A stretch of 64,000 nt of DNA from contig OZ024746.1 in the NCBI GenBank assembly GCA_964016885.1, forward strand, positions 86,676,001 to 86,740,000, read 5' to 3'. The notes beneath the pieces were generated by a model, which was not told the DNA's origin, searched no databases, and saw only the letters and a program-made list of their open reading frames with translations. The position numbers and the translations under genes are program-made. Below are positions 14,043 to 26,567 of this stretch, piece after piece (positions within the stretch are counted from its first letter, which is position 1; each line of letters opens with the position of its first letter). Origin of the DNA: Eledone cirrhosa (lineage: Eukaryota).

Positions 14043-14573
14043 CTTGCAGAAAACCACCCGGAGGGTGGTTTTCTGCTAGCATGTGTAGTGTGCATATTGA
14101 TATTATACGCAAATATAGAGGCATGTAGATATGATACGTCAAATAAAATCATAACTGAGAATATACAGAGAAATTGAAGAGAGATTGCGTTACACTCTCT
14201 TCTGTAATCAGTGAAGTAATCCATTATACATTTAAAAAAGACGATTTTATATATAAACTGCATTACGGCAAAGTTTTATGAAAACGAAAATGGAGAAAAT
14301 TAGCAACGGAAATATAAACCTTATATATCGATGCAAGTATATGAACGTTTATATAAGCGATGTGATATAGCGTCCATTTTATCATAACCTGAAGTATTGA
14401 CATTTGAAAATTTAAAAAGAAGTGAATCTTGAAATAAGCAATAAAATTATTGCGAAATTTAGTACATGAATTATGTAATATTCATTCATTATTTATTCAA
14501 AGTAATCCACCTTATTTTACTAAAAAATATATTCAGGACACAGTCCCGCACTCCCCCCTTTATTATATTATGA
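14043..14573 (-). mobile_element. non-autonomous Helitron, copy 1
   Basis: Colinear with 58571-59162. rc 5' end A|TCataatataataaag; 3' hairpin ccaccc-tcc-gggtgg followed by a mutated CTAG. Confidence 0.7.
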
Positions 14574-15993
14574 TTGATAACACGGTAGCATTACCTCTAC
14601 TGAAAATGAAGGGTGAACAAAATACGAAGATTTTGCTCGGACTATGTTTTGTTTCTGTTTAGGATTACTATACTCCGTACTACATCATCCAATGTCTTTT
14701 TCTAAAGGGGTGGTGTGTGCATTGACAAATAAATCTAGCAGGCAAACGATTGTGTATAGGCTCCGTAATCTATTGGTGTGAATATTTACTTCATTTACAA
14801 GTGGCTCGAACTCATTCTTATCTATTCTGGTTTCCTTTCTCTAATAAAGTCATGTACAAATCTATGAATAAAACAAAACCCTATGAATAATAACAACAAT
14901 AACAAAAATACAAATATGAAAATACGGATTTGGAATTATGATAATATATTACTGAAAAATGACAATAGCTCAGCAAGATAAAGAAGGAAAAAGGACCCAG
15001 TTTTCCCACTCCCCAAATAGATAAACATAGTACAGCAAAACACTTACAACTATACAATGTACTTTCTTTGTATCTTTTCCGGATGATATATTGTGTACTA
15101 TGAATAGAATACAGACCTGTTAACTCACCCCGACCGACGGTGAGACCTCCCGCCCACTTTGTGGTTGGTGAGAGATGTCTGACAGGTGTTTTCATTTTGC
15201 CTCATTTCTTCCCGTTTTGGGGCACATTTATCATGGTACTACACGTTTGGGTTTTTAGAGGCTGGTAGATTTGAGAATGTCATACAAAAATATGTAGCGG
15301 TATATAGCTATGTTTCTTTACGTACAGAGTTTAAAACTCACGGAATCAAACATTTCTGCCCATATTTAGTCATGTGCTTGTGTCTATTTTAGTCGGCTAT
15401 ATCATCCTCCAAAAAATATTACCAGGTATGACTAGGCCAGGTCTCAATATTTTGTGTTTATTCTCGAATTTGTTATTATGGAGGTGGATAAATTTCAGTA
15501 GTATATATATAAACAACAGAAAGAAACAAATGCAAATAAAAGAACACACAAATCAAATATTAAACCATAAAAAAACAAAAAAACAACAATGATAAACAAA
15601 ACGAAAACATATCAACGACAAACAATCATAATATGATGATAGCAGCAACAACGACAACAAACAACATCAAAAGGAAATGTCTTTCCGTTTGAATATCGGA
15701 AATATTCTTGACATAGATAGAACTGAAGTTTTTGACAACGTTTGTCTCAGATAAGTCCCTCTAGCTAACATGAGGGGAAGTTTTCGTCTCACTCTAATAC
15801 ACCAAAGAACATGTGATGACAGCTCCGACGTAGTATATATATCATAATATGTCTCCATCAATCTGGTCCTCTGTATCCACCACCCTTTCTCTTACTACCG
15901 TTTTTATACGCCTCCATCTATAATATAAAAATACACTATTTTAATGTATGTATCTATATTCTTCTGGTTTTATAATTTTATAAATGTTTACCA

Positions 15994-16431
15994 ATAGAGA
16001 GAGAGTCGGTTTCTAACAGAGATACAAGACTCTCATTGGAATTTACACAACATCAACTAGGTAGATATGTATGCATGTTTGTGTAGATATGGATGTTATT
16101 GTATGTGTGGATGTGTATGTTTTGAGTTGTATGTGTGCATGTGTATATGCTTAGTATCTGTACATGTGTACATAGAGTTATTAGAAGCAGAATGCTTGGA
16201 ATGTTTTACATATTTTTACTGTTCCATTAATGGATTGTACTTGTAATTTCCTAACTAGTTGTGTTCTTTCTGTGAAGCCCAGCTTCCCAAGATTTGTATT
16301 GAGGCAGTTACTAACATACCCCAGTGCCCCAATAACCACAGGCATAAATCTGAAGGTATAATCAGGGTGGAGTATCTGCAGATTTCTCATCAGTTCTGCA
16401 TAAATATTCTTCTTTTCGCTAATCTTTGATA
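15994..16431 (-). mobile_element. R4/Dong-like (restriction-like endonuclease) LINE 3' fragment
   Basis: ORF 16181-16390 MRNLQILHPDYTFRFMPVVIGALG...GTVKICKTF; 3' end homologous to 36822-36890. Confidence 0.8.
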
Positions 16432-16511
16432 CTTAAACCATAAAGGGCCGTAACTGTTTGCCGCAAAGCATGGCCTCCGACACTCTACCGATACTGCCAA
16501 TCCATCGCCCT
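16432..16511 (-). mobile_element. SINE head fragment
   Basis: aagggccgtaac...aaagcatggc.tccgac.ctctaccgatactgccaatcca. Confidence 0.85.
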
Positions 16512-16877
16512 TTGTCATTCACCTATGTCATATATTATAATGACAAACGGATGTACATCACAAGTTCCAATCTCTGAGCTACATTGATTATTATCTGATC
16601 AGAAGCCTGAGATAGATGACCAGTAATCACGTTAGCTACAAGTTTCACTCCAGAGAAGTATAGGCGGGAACTGTAACGGTCCCTCATCTGTGCTGAAGTG
16701 CCATGTTGTACTGAAGTGTTGTCAGTATCTGGCAGTGGGATTATGATCTTGTCTTTTTGTCACTGTATTGAAAAGTCATCTCCATGCTCTTGGGAAGGTT
16801 TAGGCGTGCAGGAATGATTGAGATGATGTTGAAACAGCTATTAACTGACAAGATGAAATAATAATTATGTATGTATG

Positions 16878-16907
<30 letters not shown>

Positions 16908-16908
<1 letters not shown>

Positions 16909-17495
16909 CTGGTAACATGTATCCCAGTACAACCTGTCTCATGGTCGGGTCGTTGGCGACTAAACTGGCAACCCCACCAAGGTTTCTTGGTGAGGAGGGT
17001 GACTTTGGACATCCTGCAGGACTAAAAACAAAACCTGTCAAAGGGCAAAGGAGCTCTTAAGAGTCAATGGCCATCCAAAATCACTGGGAGAGATGACCCC
17101 TTAGCCTTTGTCAAGGCAGAATTCTAGGAGAAGGAAAACTCTGATATAACACCTGCAACCCTGATGGTATCCAATGATGTTGACTTGTTCTTCTTTTTGG
17201 TAAATATCATCTTGGTTAAGAGAGTGGGACTGGCTTTGTGCAGTGCCTTTGCTCACTATAAAAGCTTCACGGCACAGGCATTGCTTTATATCTGGAGATC
17301 TCTCTGCACTTGCCATCACATGGTACCATGGGCCCAGCACTATGTGTCAATAATTGTCACAAGTGTAGTGTTTGTACCAGAGTTTTCAAGTCGCTGGCTG
17401 GACTAAAAAGTCACACTCGTTCAGCGCATCGGTAGGGGTTCTCCTACATGGATATAAAGTAGTGGCCGTACTCGAAAACGAGTTGGCAGCCACCA
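16908..17495 (+). mobile_element. non-coding RTE-tailed element (SINE or internally deleted RTE) in (ATGT)n
   Basis: Homologous to 25266-25855, 37953-38478 and 38490-38790. Ends ggccgtactcgaaaacgagttggcagccacc-(atgt)n, like the RTE tail at 18937-18980. Confidence 0.75.
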
Positions 17496-17647
17496 TGTAT
17501 GTATGTATGTATGTATGTATGTATGTATGTATGTATGTATGTATGTATGTATGTATGTATGTATGTTTGTATGCATATGTATATATATATGTATGTATGT
17601 ATGCATATGTATATATGTATGTATGTAAGTATGCATGTATGTATCCA

Positions 17648-18832
17648 AGGTAAACGACTTGGAGTAGTTGATCAGTTTGTCTACCTGGGAAGCACTGTAA
17701 ATCGATACAGCAACCTTGACAGTGAAATCTCACTTTGGATTAGGAAAGCAAGTGATGCTTTCGGAAAGCTAGAAAGGCGACTCTGGGGTCGGCGAGACAT
17801 ACGCAGGAGGACAAAGGTAAAGATGTACAAGGCATGTGTGCTCTCTTGTCTTCTTTATGCCTGCGAGACCTGGGTCACATATTGACACCACCTTAAGCAA
17901 TTGGAGCGTTTCCATCAGATGTGTCTCAGACGGATCCATGGCGTTCACTGGGGGTACCATATCAGTGATGTCGAGATTATAGAAGCTGTTGTGACAGTAT
18001 AGAAGCTGTTGTGCTTAAGCAACGACTCCGTTGGAGTAGTCACCTTGCCAGGATGAAGGATTCTAGAATACCAAAACAACTCTTTTATGGAGAGTTAGTT
18101 AAAGGAAAACGACCGCCACATAAACCAAAAAGAGGTATAAGGATTCCTTGAAAGCCTCTTTGAAAGACGCTAACATCTCTGCTGATACATGGGAAAATAT
18201 TGCTGCTGATTGTAATAAATGGAGAAAGTCTGTATATGAGGGAAAAGTTGCCTTTGAGGCATCTCGAATCGCATACGAGAAAGTAAAGCGGGTTGTGAGG
18301 AAGGGCATTGCTGTTGCACTTCCAGACGGCGAGGGTCCTCCTATGGTGCTGACATGCAGCGTCTGTGCGAGACTCTGCCTAAACAAAGCTGGACTCGAAA
18401 GTCCTTTTCGCAGTCATAAAGTAAGACCAGTGGTTGACTACCAGGCTGCTGTTGGAGATGCTACTCATCATGCTTGCCAATCATGTGGTAGAGAATGTAA
18501 ATCAGCAGGAGCGCTCAAGCGACATGCAAAAGTACATGAACTCCAACCACAGCCGGCTATTCCCAGTGAATGTTTTGGTTGCCGACTCTGTGCAAGACAT
18601 TTTAGATCATTGGCTAGGCTAAAAAGCCACATTCGATCGCAGCGCTGTTAATTGCTATCGTGTGTGTGTGTATAGGTATGTTTATGTGTGTGCGTGTATG
18701 TGTATATATATATGTATATGTATATTATTATTGTTGTTGTTGTCGTTATTATTATTGTTGTTATTATTATTATTATTATTGTTATTAATGTATATGTGTG
18801 TATATATATATATATGTGTGTATATATGTATA

Positions 18833-18881
<49 letters not shown>

Positions 18882-18980
18882 CTTTTTTTAAAATTTTATT
18901 TTCTTTTTTATTTATTTATTAATATTTTTTTTTCTCCTCGTGCAATCGCCATACTCGATAACGAGGGGGCAGCCATCATG
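17648..18980 (+). mobile_element. 5'-truncated RTE-clade LINE with C-terminal C2H2 zinc fingers
   Basis: FVYLGS, RKASDAFGKL, TKVKMYKACVLSCLLYACETW, RLRWS.HLARM, RIPKQLFYGEL; three C2H2-like fingers in ORF 18148-18651; stem-loop tail ctcg-ataa-cgag then atgt repeats. Confidence 0.9.
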
Positions 18981-19103
18981 TATTCATATGTATGTTTGTA
19001 TGTATGTACGTATGCATATATGCATGTTTGTATGTACGTATGAATCTACGAAGTATGTATTTAGTTAGTATATGGAAGTGTGCATACACGCACACACACA
19101 CAC

Positions 19104-19162
<59 letters not shown>

Positions 19163-19171
19163 GAAAACCTG

Positions 19172-19209
<38 letters not shown>

Positions 19210-19212
19210 ATA

Positions 19213-19350
19213 TATAGTGTTTTCTCAGAATTAATATTCTAAAGGAAATTTTCCAGTCAGGTCTTCTATATATATATATATATATATATTTATATAGAAG
19301 ACCTGACTCGAAAATTTTCTTTAGAATATTAATTCTGAGAAAACACTATA
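19213..19350. repeat. inverted repeat (~55-bp arms) centred on a (TA)n tract
   Basis: tatagtgttttctcagaattaatattctaaag...gtcaggtcttcta and its reverse complement. Confidence 0.93.
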
Positions 19351-19636
19351 CATATTTTGATGGCCCAGTTCTATAATCCGATTATCATACAAGACTAGAC
19401 GATTTCTTTAGGCGATAGGCAGCATTATGTAACAGGATTATGTTGAGCCCAAACATAGAATAGAAGAAAGGAGATAGAAAAGAATGTAAGATAGAAAATA
19501 GAAAATATTCGATTCGATTCGGGGACAACCTGCTAAAATTGTTGTTATATCGATAGTTACCTTGGGACAAAACAATAACAACTTTGCATGCAAACCTAAG
19601 GTGGCGGTCCCTCAGATTTGCACATATGAATATGTA

Positions 19637-19668
<32 letters not shown>

Positions 19669-19708
19669 GGATATTAATAAATGGAAACTATATTTATAAA
19701 ACCATATT

Positions 19709-19773
19709 TATTTTATTATACATATTTCAAGGACACCACGTTAAATTATGGTATGCTTTCATCAGACAAAATA
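19709..19773 (-). ncRNA. type I hammerhead ribozyme motif
   Basis: rc: tattttgt CTGATGA aagcataccata-att-taacgtggtgtcctt GAAA tatgta TA ataaaata. Confidence 0.75.
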
Positions 19774-19847
19774 CAATATTTGTTGAGTGCTTTATATCAG
19801 TTATAAAAATATTTGCTTGTTGTATCCCAACAATTTAAATAGAACTT

Positions 19848-19890
<43 letters not shown>

Positions 19891-19974
19891 TATATATACA
19901 CATACACATACTCACGCACACATACGCCTACACGCATTTATATATATATATAAACCTTCATGTATCATATATAG

Positions 19975-20205
19975 GGTAGTGATCCCATTCGGTCACGAAC
20001 TACTATTGGATTGGCACCAAGAAAGTTCCCCTCCGAGTTACAAGTTCGGACAAAGTTGTTTGTGAAAGACCTGCAGTCACCCTTACATACCACCCTCCGC
20101 TGTCCATGCTACCGTTGCTGTCCAAGGGAAAGGAAAAGGCTGATACATCTTGGCACCAGTGACGTCGCAACTCATTTCTACAGCTGAGTAAACTGGAGCA
20201 ACGTG
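19975..20205 (-). mobile_element. SINE fragment (octopus-type, third variant)
   Basis: ccaagggaaagg.aaaggc.gataca.cttggcaccagtgacgtcgcaactcatttctacagctgagt.aactggagcaacgtg. Confidence 0.65.
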
Positions 20206-21134
20206 TTGCATAAAATGAAATTATTATTTAATTCCGAGGCAACACTGATCACAGAGACATTCTCTTTATAGCCATTTACTTTTTGTGTATCTAAGATTAG
20301 ATTTTGTAACTCATTGGTTCCTTCTTAGGGCAGTAGTGTGTGTGATTTGATAAAGTATTTGCTGCGTTCTCTAGCAATTAAAGAAACCTGCTTATTTATT
20401 TCAATTTTGGCTCAAGGCTTCCATGTTTAATAGAAAATACAGTTACATTATATTTCATGAGCTAACTGAAACAAGATAAATAACTATACTGAAAATCCCC
20501 CTCTATTTAAAATGAAAATAAAAATATAAATGAGACAAGAAAAATATATATTTACAATGTCTCATTTTCAAAATATATTTGAACGATTTGTATTAGATAT
20601 ATTTCTATAAATTTCCATTAAATATATGATTTCCTCTAGAGCTATAAAAGCCTTTGAAAGATTAAAGAAGATAAATATTTATCCATTTTGAAATAATATT
20701 CACAATAGCGAATAAGAAACAAGGAAAAAAATTTCTCATTTAACTCTGAAAATATATCTTGTATGAAGCTTTGAAAATATGATGAAGTCTCACTCTTTCT
20801 ATTTTTCATCTCTCACATCACTTTTTCTTTTTCTTTTAACTTTCATTTCTTCTTTTGCTTTTATTATTTTTATTTCCATCTTTTTCTATATTTCTGAAAC
20901 TATTTTTTTATCTTCTTACATACAAATTCGCCGCCATGTTGATAATGACACCATCATGTCATTTCTGTAATAATATTCACAACTTATACGGCTTTAAACT
21001 ATTTTGTCTTGCTTTTACATTTTTTACATCGAATTTTCTTAAATTTCTTTCAGTCTCTTCTTATTTTGTATCCATCCATTTATCCATCCTCCGTTCTCTC
21101 TTTCTCTTTCATTCTCTCAAACCCTCTCTCTCTG

Positions 21135-21197
<63 letters not shown>

Positions 21198-21226
21198 GTA
21201 TATATATATGTATATATATGTATATA

Positions 21227-21303
<77 letters not shown>

Positions 21304-21322
21304 ATATATATATGTGTGTGTG

Positions 21323-21359
<37 letters not shown>

Positions 21360-21543
21360 CACACAGACACAGACATATATATATATCAACTTATGTAGTT
21401 TTTTTTCTCTATTTCTGCCCCTCCGTTCTAGTTTCTCATTCTCACCCGATATTATTTACCATAAAGTCTAACATTAACAAACCTATCAATAAGAACACTA
21501 AAGCACCACCAGCAATAATACTACTACTACTACTAATAATAAT

Positions 21544-22985
21544 GATTTCATTTATTGGCCACAAGGGCCGACATATAGGGGACAATACAAAAGACTGGGA
21601 CAGTGGGGTTTTACAGAAAAATCGAGTAAACAATATGAATAACAATAACAAAGTAACAATAAAAATACCCCAATAGGGGGGGGGGATGACCACCCAGGGT
21701 TCGTTCAGGTATCTCATCAATCCTGAACGACCCGACGCTTCGAGAGCACCCTGGAAGGGCACCCTTCTCCTCCTCAAATTTACCTACCTACAGCAGCATG
21801 ACCAGAGTAGGCTCACTCACACGGGCCATTCTCGCCACATTCACCCACCTTTCAGCAAATGTACTGGTGGGCAGCACTTCTCTCTCCACCCTCACCTTCC
21901 TGGTCTCGCTGACGGCAATTACATCCATTTCTAGAGACCTGAGGTCGTTGAGCAGGTGACCCTGATTCCAGGACGCTCCCAGGCCTTGAACATTTAAACT
22001 TCCTACTCTTAATACGGCCATATTGGCAGGTTAAAAAGAGAGAGAGGAAATGTTTACTTACCTTCCGGGCTCTTGTGAAGGTCGGGTGGTTCGTCCTCCA
22101 TAGTTGGTGGGGTTTCTTTGGGAACCCCTTTAAAAGTCATGAAGTGGGTTTTACGTTCGGGGTTCCCACGTCCTGAGGAAAGCTGTCTCGTATCTCTTTG
22201 TATAAATCAAGCGACATTCGCACCAGAAACAAATCTCCCGGCACGCGAAATGTGCTCGATTTAAACATTTTCCCCTCTCTTTGTATACTTTCACTTCGTG
22301 TTACAAGGGCCATCAGTTCCTTGTTGGTCCTCCTGACGAGCACGAAGTTTTGTATGTTTTGTTGGCGTGATTTTATTTGTTTGAGTGGCTGTGGTGGTGA
22401 TGGTTTTGGTGGTGTCTGTGGTTTCAGATGTTCGTGTGTGTATTTGTTCTTGCGTCTGTTTAGGTTGTTTGCGTTTGGGGGATTCTGGTGATGGTGATGG
22501 TGGTGTTGATGTTGGTGTTATTGGAGAGATGTTTGCGTGGGTGGTGTCTGCATTTTTTATTGCGGGTGATTTTGTGCTTTGTTGAGTTTTTTTCTCCTTT
22601 TTGTGTTTCCTTTTTTGTATTTTGGGGGATTTTGGTTTTCCCTCATCTTCACTACTGGTAGTGTCTGTAAGTGTGTCTGTGCGTGTGTTTATGTTTTTAT
22701 TGATGTGTGTATTTTTTGGGGGTGGGGGTGGTGGGGTGAGGGGGAATTTGACAACTTTCCTCGTTTGCCCCCTGGGTGGTCAATGTTGGTGGTGGTCTTT
22801 CTATTGGTGTTGTTGTTGGTGGTTTTGCCGGTGCTGGTGTTGGTTGTGGTCCTCGCCCCGGCGTCAGCAGCAGTAGAGCCCTTCGACCCCTTGTATCTTT
22901 CAGCAGTTGAGGGCAGAAGGCTCGCAAATGGGTTTTTTCCCCACAAATAAAAACAATGCGGCCTTTTACCCTCGGTCATAATATG
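21544..22985 (-). mobile_element. L1/Tx1-like LINE: ORF1 remnant plus internally deleted ORF2 and 3' UTR
   Basis: Frameshifted CCHC knuckle CF-ICGEKTHLRAFC at ~22905-22960. APE start VGSLNVQGL...DVIAVSETR is fused to C-terminus RWVNVARM. AATAAA before the (ATT)n/(AGT)n tract. Confidence 0.85.
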
Positions 22986-22989
22986 CTTC

Positions 22990-23268
22990 TAGGGCACCCA
23001 GGGAGAGCACCCCTCTCCTCAAGTTAGCTAGCCTATAGGCGCATGGTCAGAGTAGGCCCATTCACACAGGTCATTCTCGCCACATTCATCCACCTTTTAG
23101 CAAATGTACTGGGGGGGGGGGAGAGCACTTCTCTCTCCACCCTCACCTTCATTTCCAGGTGAAACTTGAAGAAGTTGATGAGGGATTGGCCGAAGAAAAA
23201 AGTGTCTGTCTTCAGTCCTTTTAATCTGGGCCACCATATAACCTCTTTTGCAACTGCCACCAGGCAGA
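22990..23268 (-). mobile_element. second L1/Tx1-like ORF2 C-terminal fragment
   Basis: VAVAKEVIWW.RLKGL...KVRVEREVL...RWMNVARM, homologous to 61410-61600 and 21790-21899. Confidence 0.85.
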
Positions 23269-23271
23269 GGA

Positions 23272-24146
23272 ATAATAATAAGAAGAAGCTTAAGTCTATC
23301 TTGAAGGGGAGCAAAAAATATGGTACTGATCTCATGCTTGAAACCCAGGCTGGAGAGGCTAAAGAAACTGTTGCAACTGATGCTGCTAGGCCCTCAAAAC
23401 GGAGCAGGCCCTCAAAACGAAGTGGTTGAAACACCATATTTACAAGGAGGAGGCTAGCCCACTGTGCAGGATCTGTGGAGAGAGAGAGGAGACTGTGGCT
23501 CACATTGTATCCGAGTGTAAACACCTAGCCCAGACTCACTATAAGGGCTGGAGACATGATGTGATGGGCAGGGTGATCCACTGTCACCTATGCAAAGTAA
23601 ACAATTTACCACATTCTGAGAAGTGGTATGAGCATAAGCCAGAGGCGGTGATAGAAAACGATCAGGTGAAGGTGCTGTGGGATTTTAGGATACAGACGGA
23701 CAAGAAACTTGAACACAATAGACCTGACCTGGTGGTTGTGGACAAAGAAAAAAGATCGTGCCTGATTATGGATGTGGCCTGCCCATTCGACACGAGAGTG
23801 CAAGAGAAGGAGAGGGAGAAAATTAACCGATACCAGGACTTAAAGTGGGAGGTAAAAAGGATTTAGAACTGCCATGAAGTCAAAGTGATCCCGATTGTCA
23901 TAGGCACACTAGGGACTATCTCAAAAAGTTTCCAGGGATGGTTAAAGAAAATTGGCCCCTTCACGCTTTTTGGAACGCTTCAAAAGGCATGCTTGCTGGG
24001 AACAGCAAGAACCCTCCGATACGTCCTGAATATCTGAGGCTGCAGGTAGTGGCTTGATATTCATTTCAACAAACTTTCCAGTTAACTAACATCAATGACT
24101 GAGAAAGGGTAATAACAGTGATAATAATAATAATAATAATAATAAT
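23272..24146 (+). mobile_element. 5'-truncated R4/Dong-clade LINE (CCHC finger + restriction-like endonuclease) with (TAA)n tail
   Basis: CRICGEREETVAHIVSEC, RHD, LWDF, NRPDLVVVD, DVACP, EK..RY, IPIVIGTLG; coding ends ~24036; (taa)n at 24110-24146. Confidence 0.92.
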
Positions 24147-24570
24147 ACATACATACATACATACATATATATATATATACATATATACATATATACATAT
24201 ATACATACACACATGCATACATCGACAATTAAATAAAATATTAATAAATCTGTCATGTTAAAAGATATGTCTGAAAAGGAGAACGGTTTTAAATGGGGAA
24301 AAATGTCAGAAAGAATAACATAATCATTTCTTTTAATCCCAGAACACTAATAGAATCTAAATCTAAAGGAGATTTTCATTCAGTTGGTAAACAGTATTGA
24401 TTTTGAATATTATAATTTAGAATAATGCAGCCATCTTAGGAATATATACAATAGTTATATAATAAGCACGATGGAGTGCAAATGATCTTTTGATAGAGAG
24501 TGTTCGTGTGGTTAATTGCAAACACACATATATTAATTCATACATACATACATAATATATACGTACACAC

Positions 24571-24603
<33 letters not shown>

Positions 24604-24611
24604 TTACATAA

Positions 24612-24667
<56 letters not shown>

Positions 24668-24825
24668 ACACACACACACATACACACACACACACTCTAA
24701 CCCTCACACTCTCACACACACACACACATGTATATATATATTTATACGTTTTTGAAATACGTTTCACAAAATAAATAGGGATGTACAAATGAAACCGTTT
24801 TTCTTGTTTATTATTATAATTATTA

Positions 24826-24910
24826 GGTTAACTTTGCCTTTCATCCTTACAGATAAAGTACCAGTAATGTACTGGGTAATTGCTGGCCTTGTGCCAAAAG
24901 TAGAAACAAT
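24826..24910 (+). mobile_element. SINE 3' fragment
   Basis: aggttaactttgcctttcatcc...ggccttgtgccaaaagtagaaac then (att)n. Confidence 0.85.
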
Positions 24911-24911
24911 T

Positions 24912-24973
<62 letters not shown>

Positions 24974-24983
24974 TTATACATGC

Positions 24984-25070
<87 letters not shown>

Positions 25071-25265
25071 TCTACCTAGACATACGTATCAATATATATA
25101 TGATATAATAGAGTTAATGAAATATACACCCTTTGAGATATTGCACGGTATTTGAAAAATCAGTGTACATTCTAGTGCGCTGTATGATTCTCTATTAGTC
25201 GGATTTACTATTATATATAGTGCACGAGATGAATAGATTACACATAGGTAATACATCATATATAT

Positions 25266-25855
25266 ATGATGGATGCCTCCTCGTTATCGAGTATGGCCAT
25301 TGCACGATATAACATTATCAATAATTATTAACTAATGCCGTCGTGCAATGCCTGCGCGTGAAGATTTATTTTTAGAGTGAGGAAAGACTGTGTACTGAGC
25401 CAATCCCACTCTCTGAGCGACAGTAGCTATAACCCGAAAAGAAGAAAAGATCAACATCATCGGTAACTACTGAGTCGCAAGTTTTATGTCGGAGTTATCC
25501 CAGTTTCTTAAGTTGCCTTCTCCTAGAAGAATGCCCTGACAAAGGCTAGGGTTCCTTCACTCTCAGTGGTTTAACCACGCGATCGGGTGTCCATGCACCA
25601 ATGTATATACACATATACATATACATACATATGTACATGTGTATATACATATTTACACACTTTTGGATGGCCGTTGACTCTTATGAGTTCTTCCGCCCTT
25701 TGTCAGGTTTTGTTTTTTTGTCCTGCAGGGTGTCCAAAATCACCCTCCTCACCAAGTAAACTTGGTGGGGTTGCCGGTTTAGTCGCCAACGACCCGACCA
25801 TGCGACAGGTTGTACTGGGTTACATGTTACCAGTAGCACTCAAGAATGACCTGAC
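25266..25855 (-). mobile_element. non-coding RTE-tailed element
   Basis: rc head gtcaggtca...ctactggtaacatgtaacccagta; rc tail tcgtgcaatggccatactcgataacgaggaggcatccatcat nearly matches 18938-18979. Confidence 0.8.
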
Positions 25856-26282
25856 ATATATATATATATATATATGTATACAAACACGCACATTTTTGTA
25901 ATATACATACACACGTATATATATGGGCCTTCAAATTCCATTTCACATTATATACATGTCTGTGTATATTTTAATTATCAAAAAATTATTTATATATATA
26001 TATCATATCATAATCTATAAAAGGCAGATTGTTGTTGTGTGTGTGCACATGTTCCATGTTTATACATTTGCACAATTTCAAACCTATTTGACTCAAAGTC
26101 TGTAAGAATGTTGTAAAGGGTCTAACTTAGGTCAACGACTATTTATTTCATTCAAACTTACCCACAATTACGGAAATAATAGATAAAACTAAATACATGA
26201 AGCTTTACTCCCTATAATACCTTCTGATTACTCTGCCTAACACCCCTTAAACATCGAAAAAAAAAATACATGGTGCAACCTA

Positions 26283-26567
26283 CCCACTCCTTACTAATTT
26301 CCTTTAGAGAGAGAGAAAAAAATAAAGGAGTGAGCCAGAGACAAACGTTAAATACATGTCGCTTATAAACCCTCTCCTTAATAATTTCATTTAGAGAGAG
26401 AGAAAAAAATAAAGGAGTGAGCTAGAGAGTGAGAGACAGAGGCAAACGTTAAATACATGATGCTTATAAACCCACTCCTTAATAATTTCATTTAGAGAGA
26501 GAGAAAAAAATAAAGGAGTGAGCTAGAGCGTGAGAGACAGAGACAAATGTTAAATACATGACGCTTA
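26283..26567. repeat. three ~88-100 bp tandem units in the Helitron 5' region
   Basis: ccc.ctcctta.taatttc.tttagagagagagaaaaaaataaaggagtgagc.agag...gttaaatacatg x3. Confidence 0.92.

Noticed and set aside
18148-18651. Host C2H2 zinc-finger gene
   Set aside because: Continuous with RTE coding sequence and followed by the RTE tail.
20928-20940. YY1/Kozak-like cgccgccatgtt
   Set aside because: Isolated motif with no credible ORF or promoter context.
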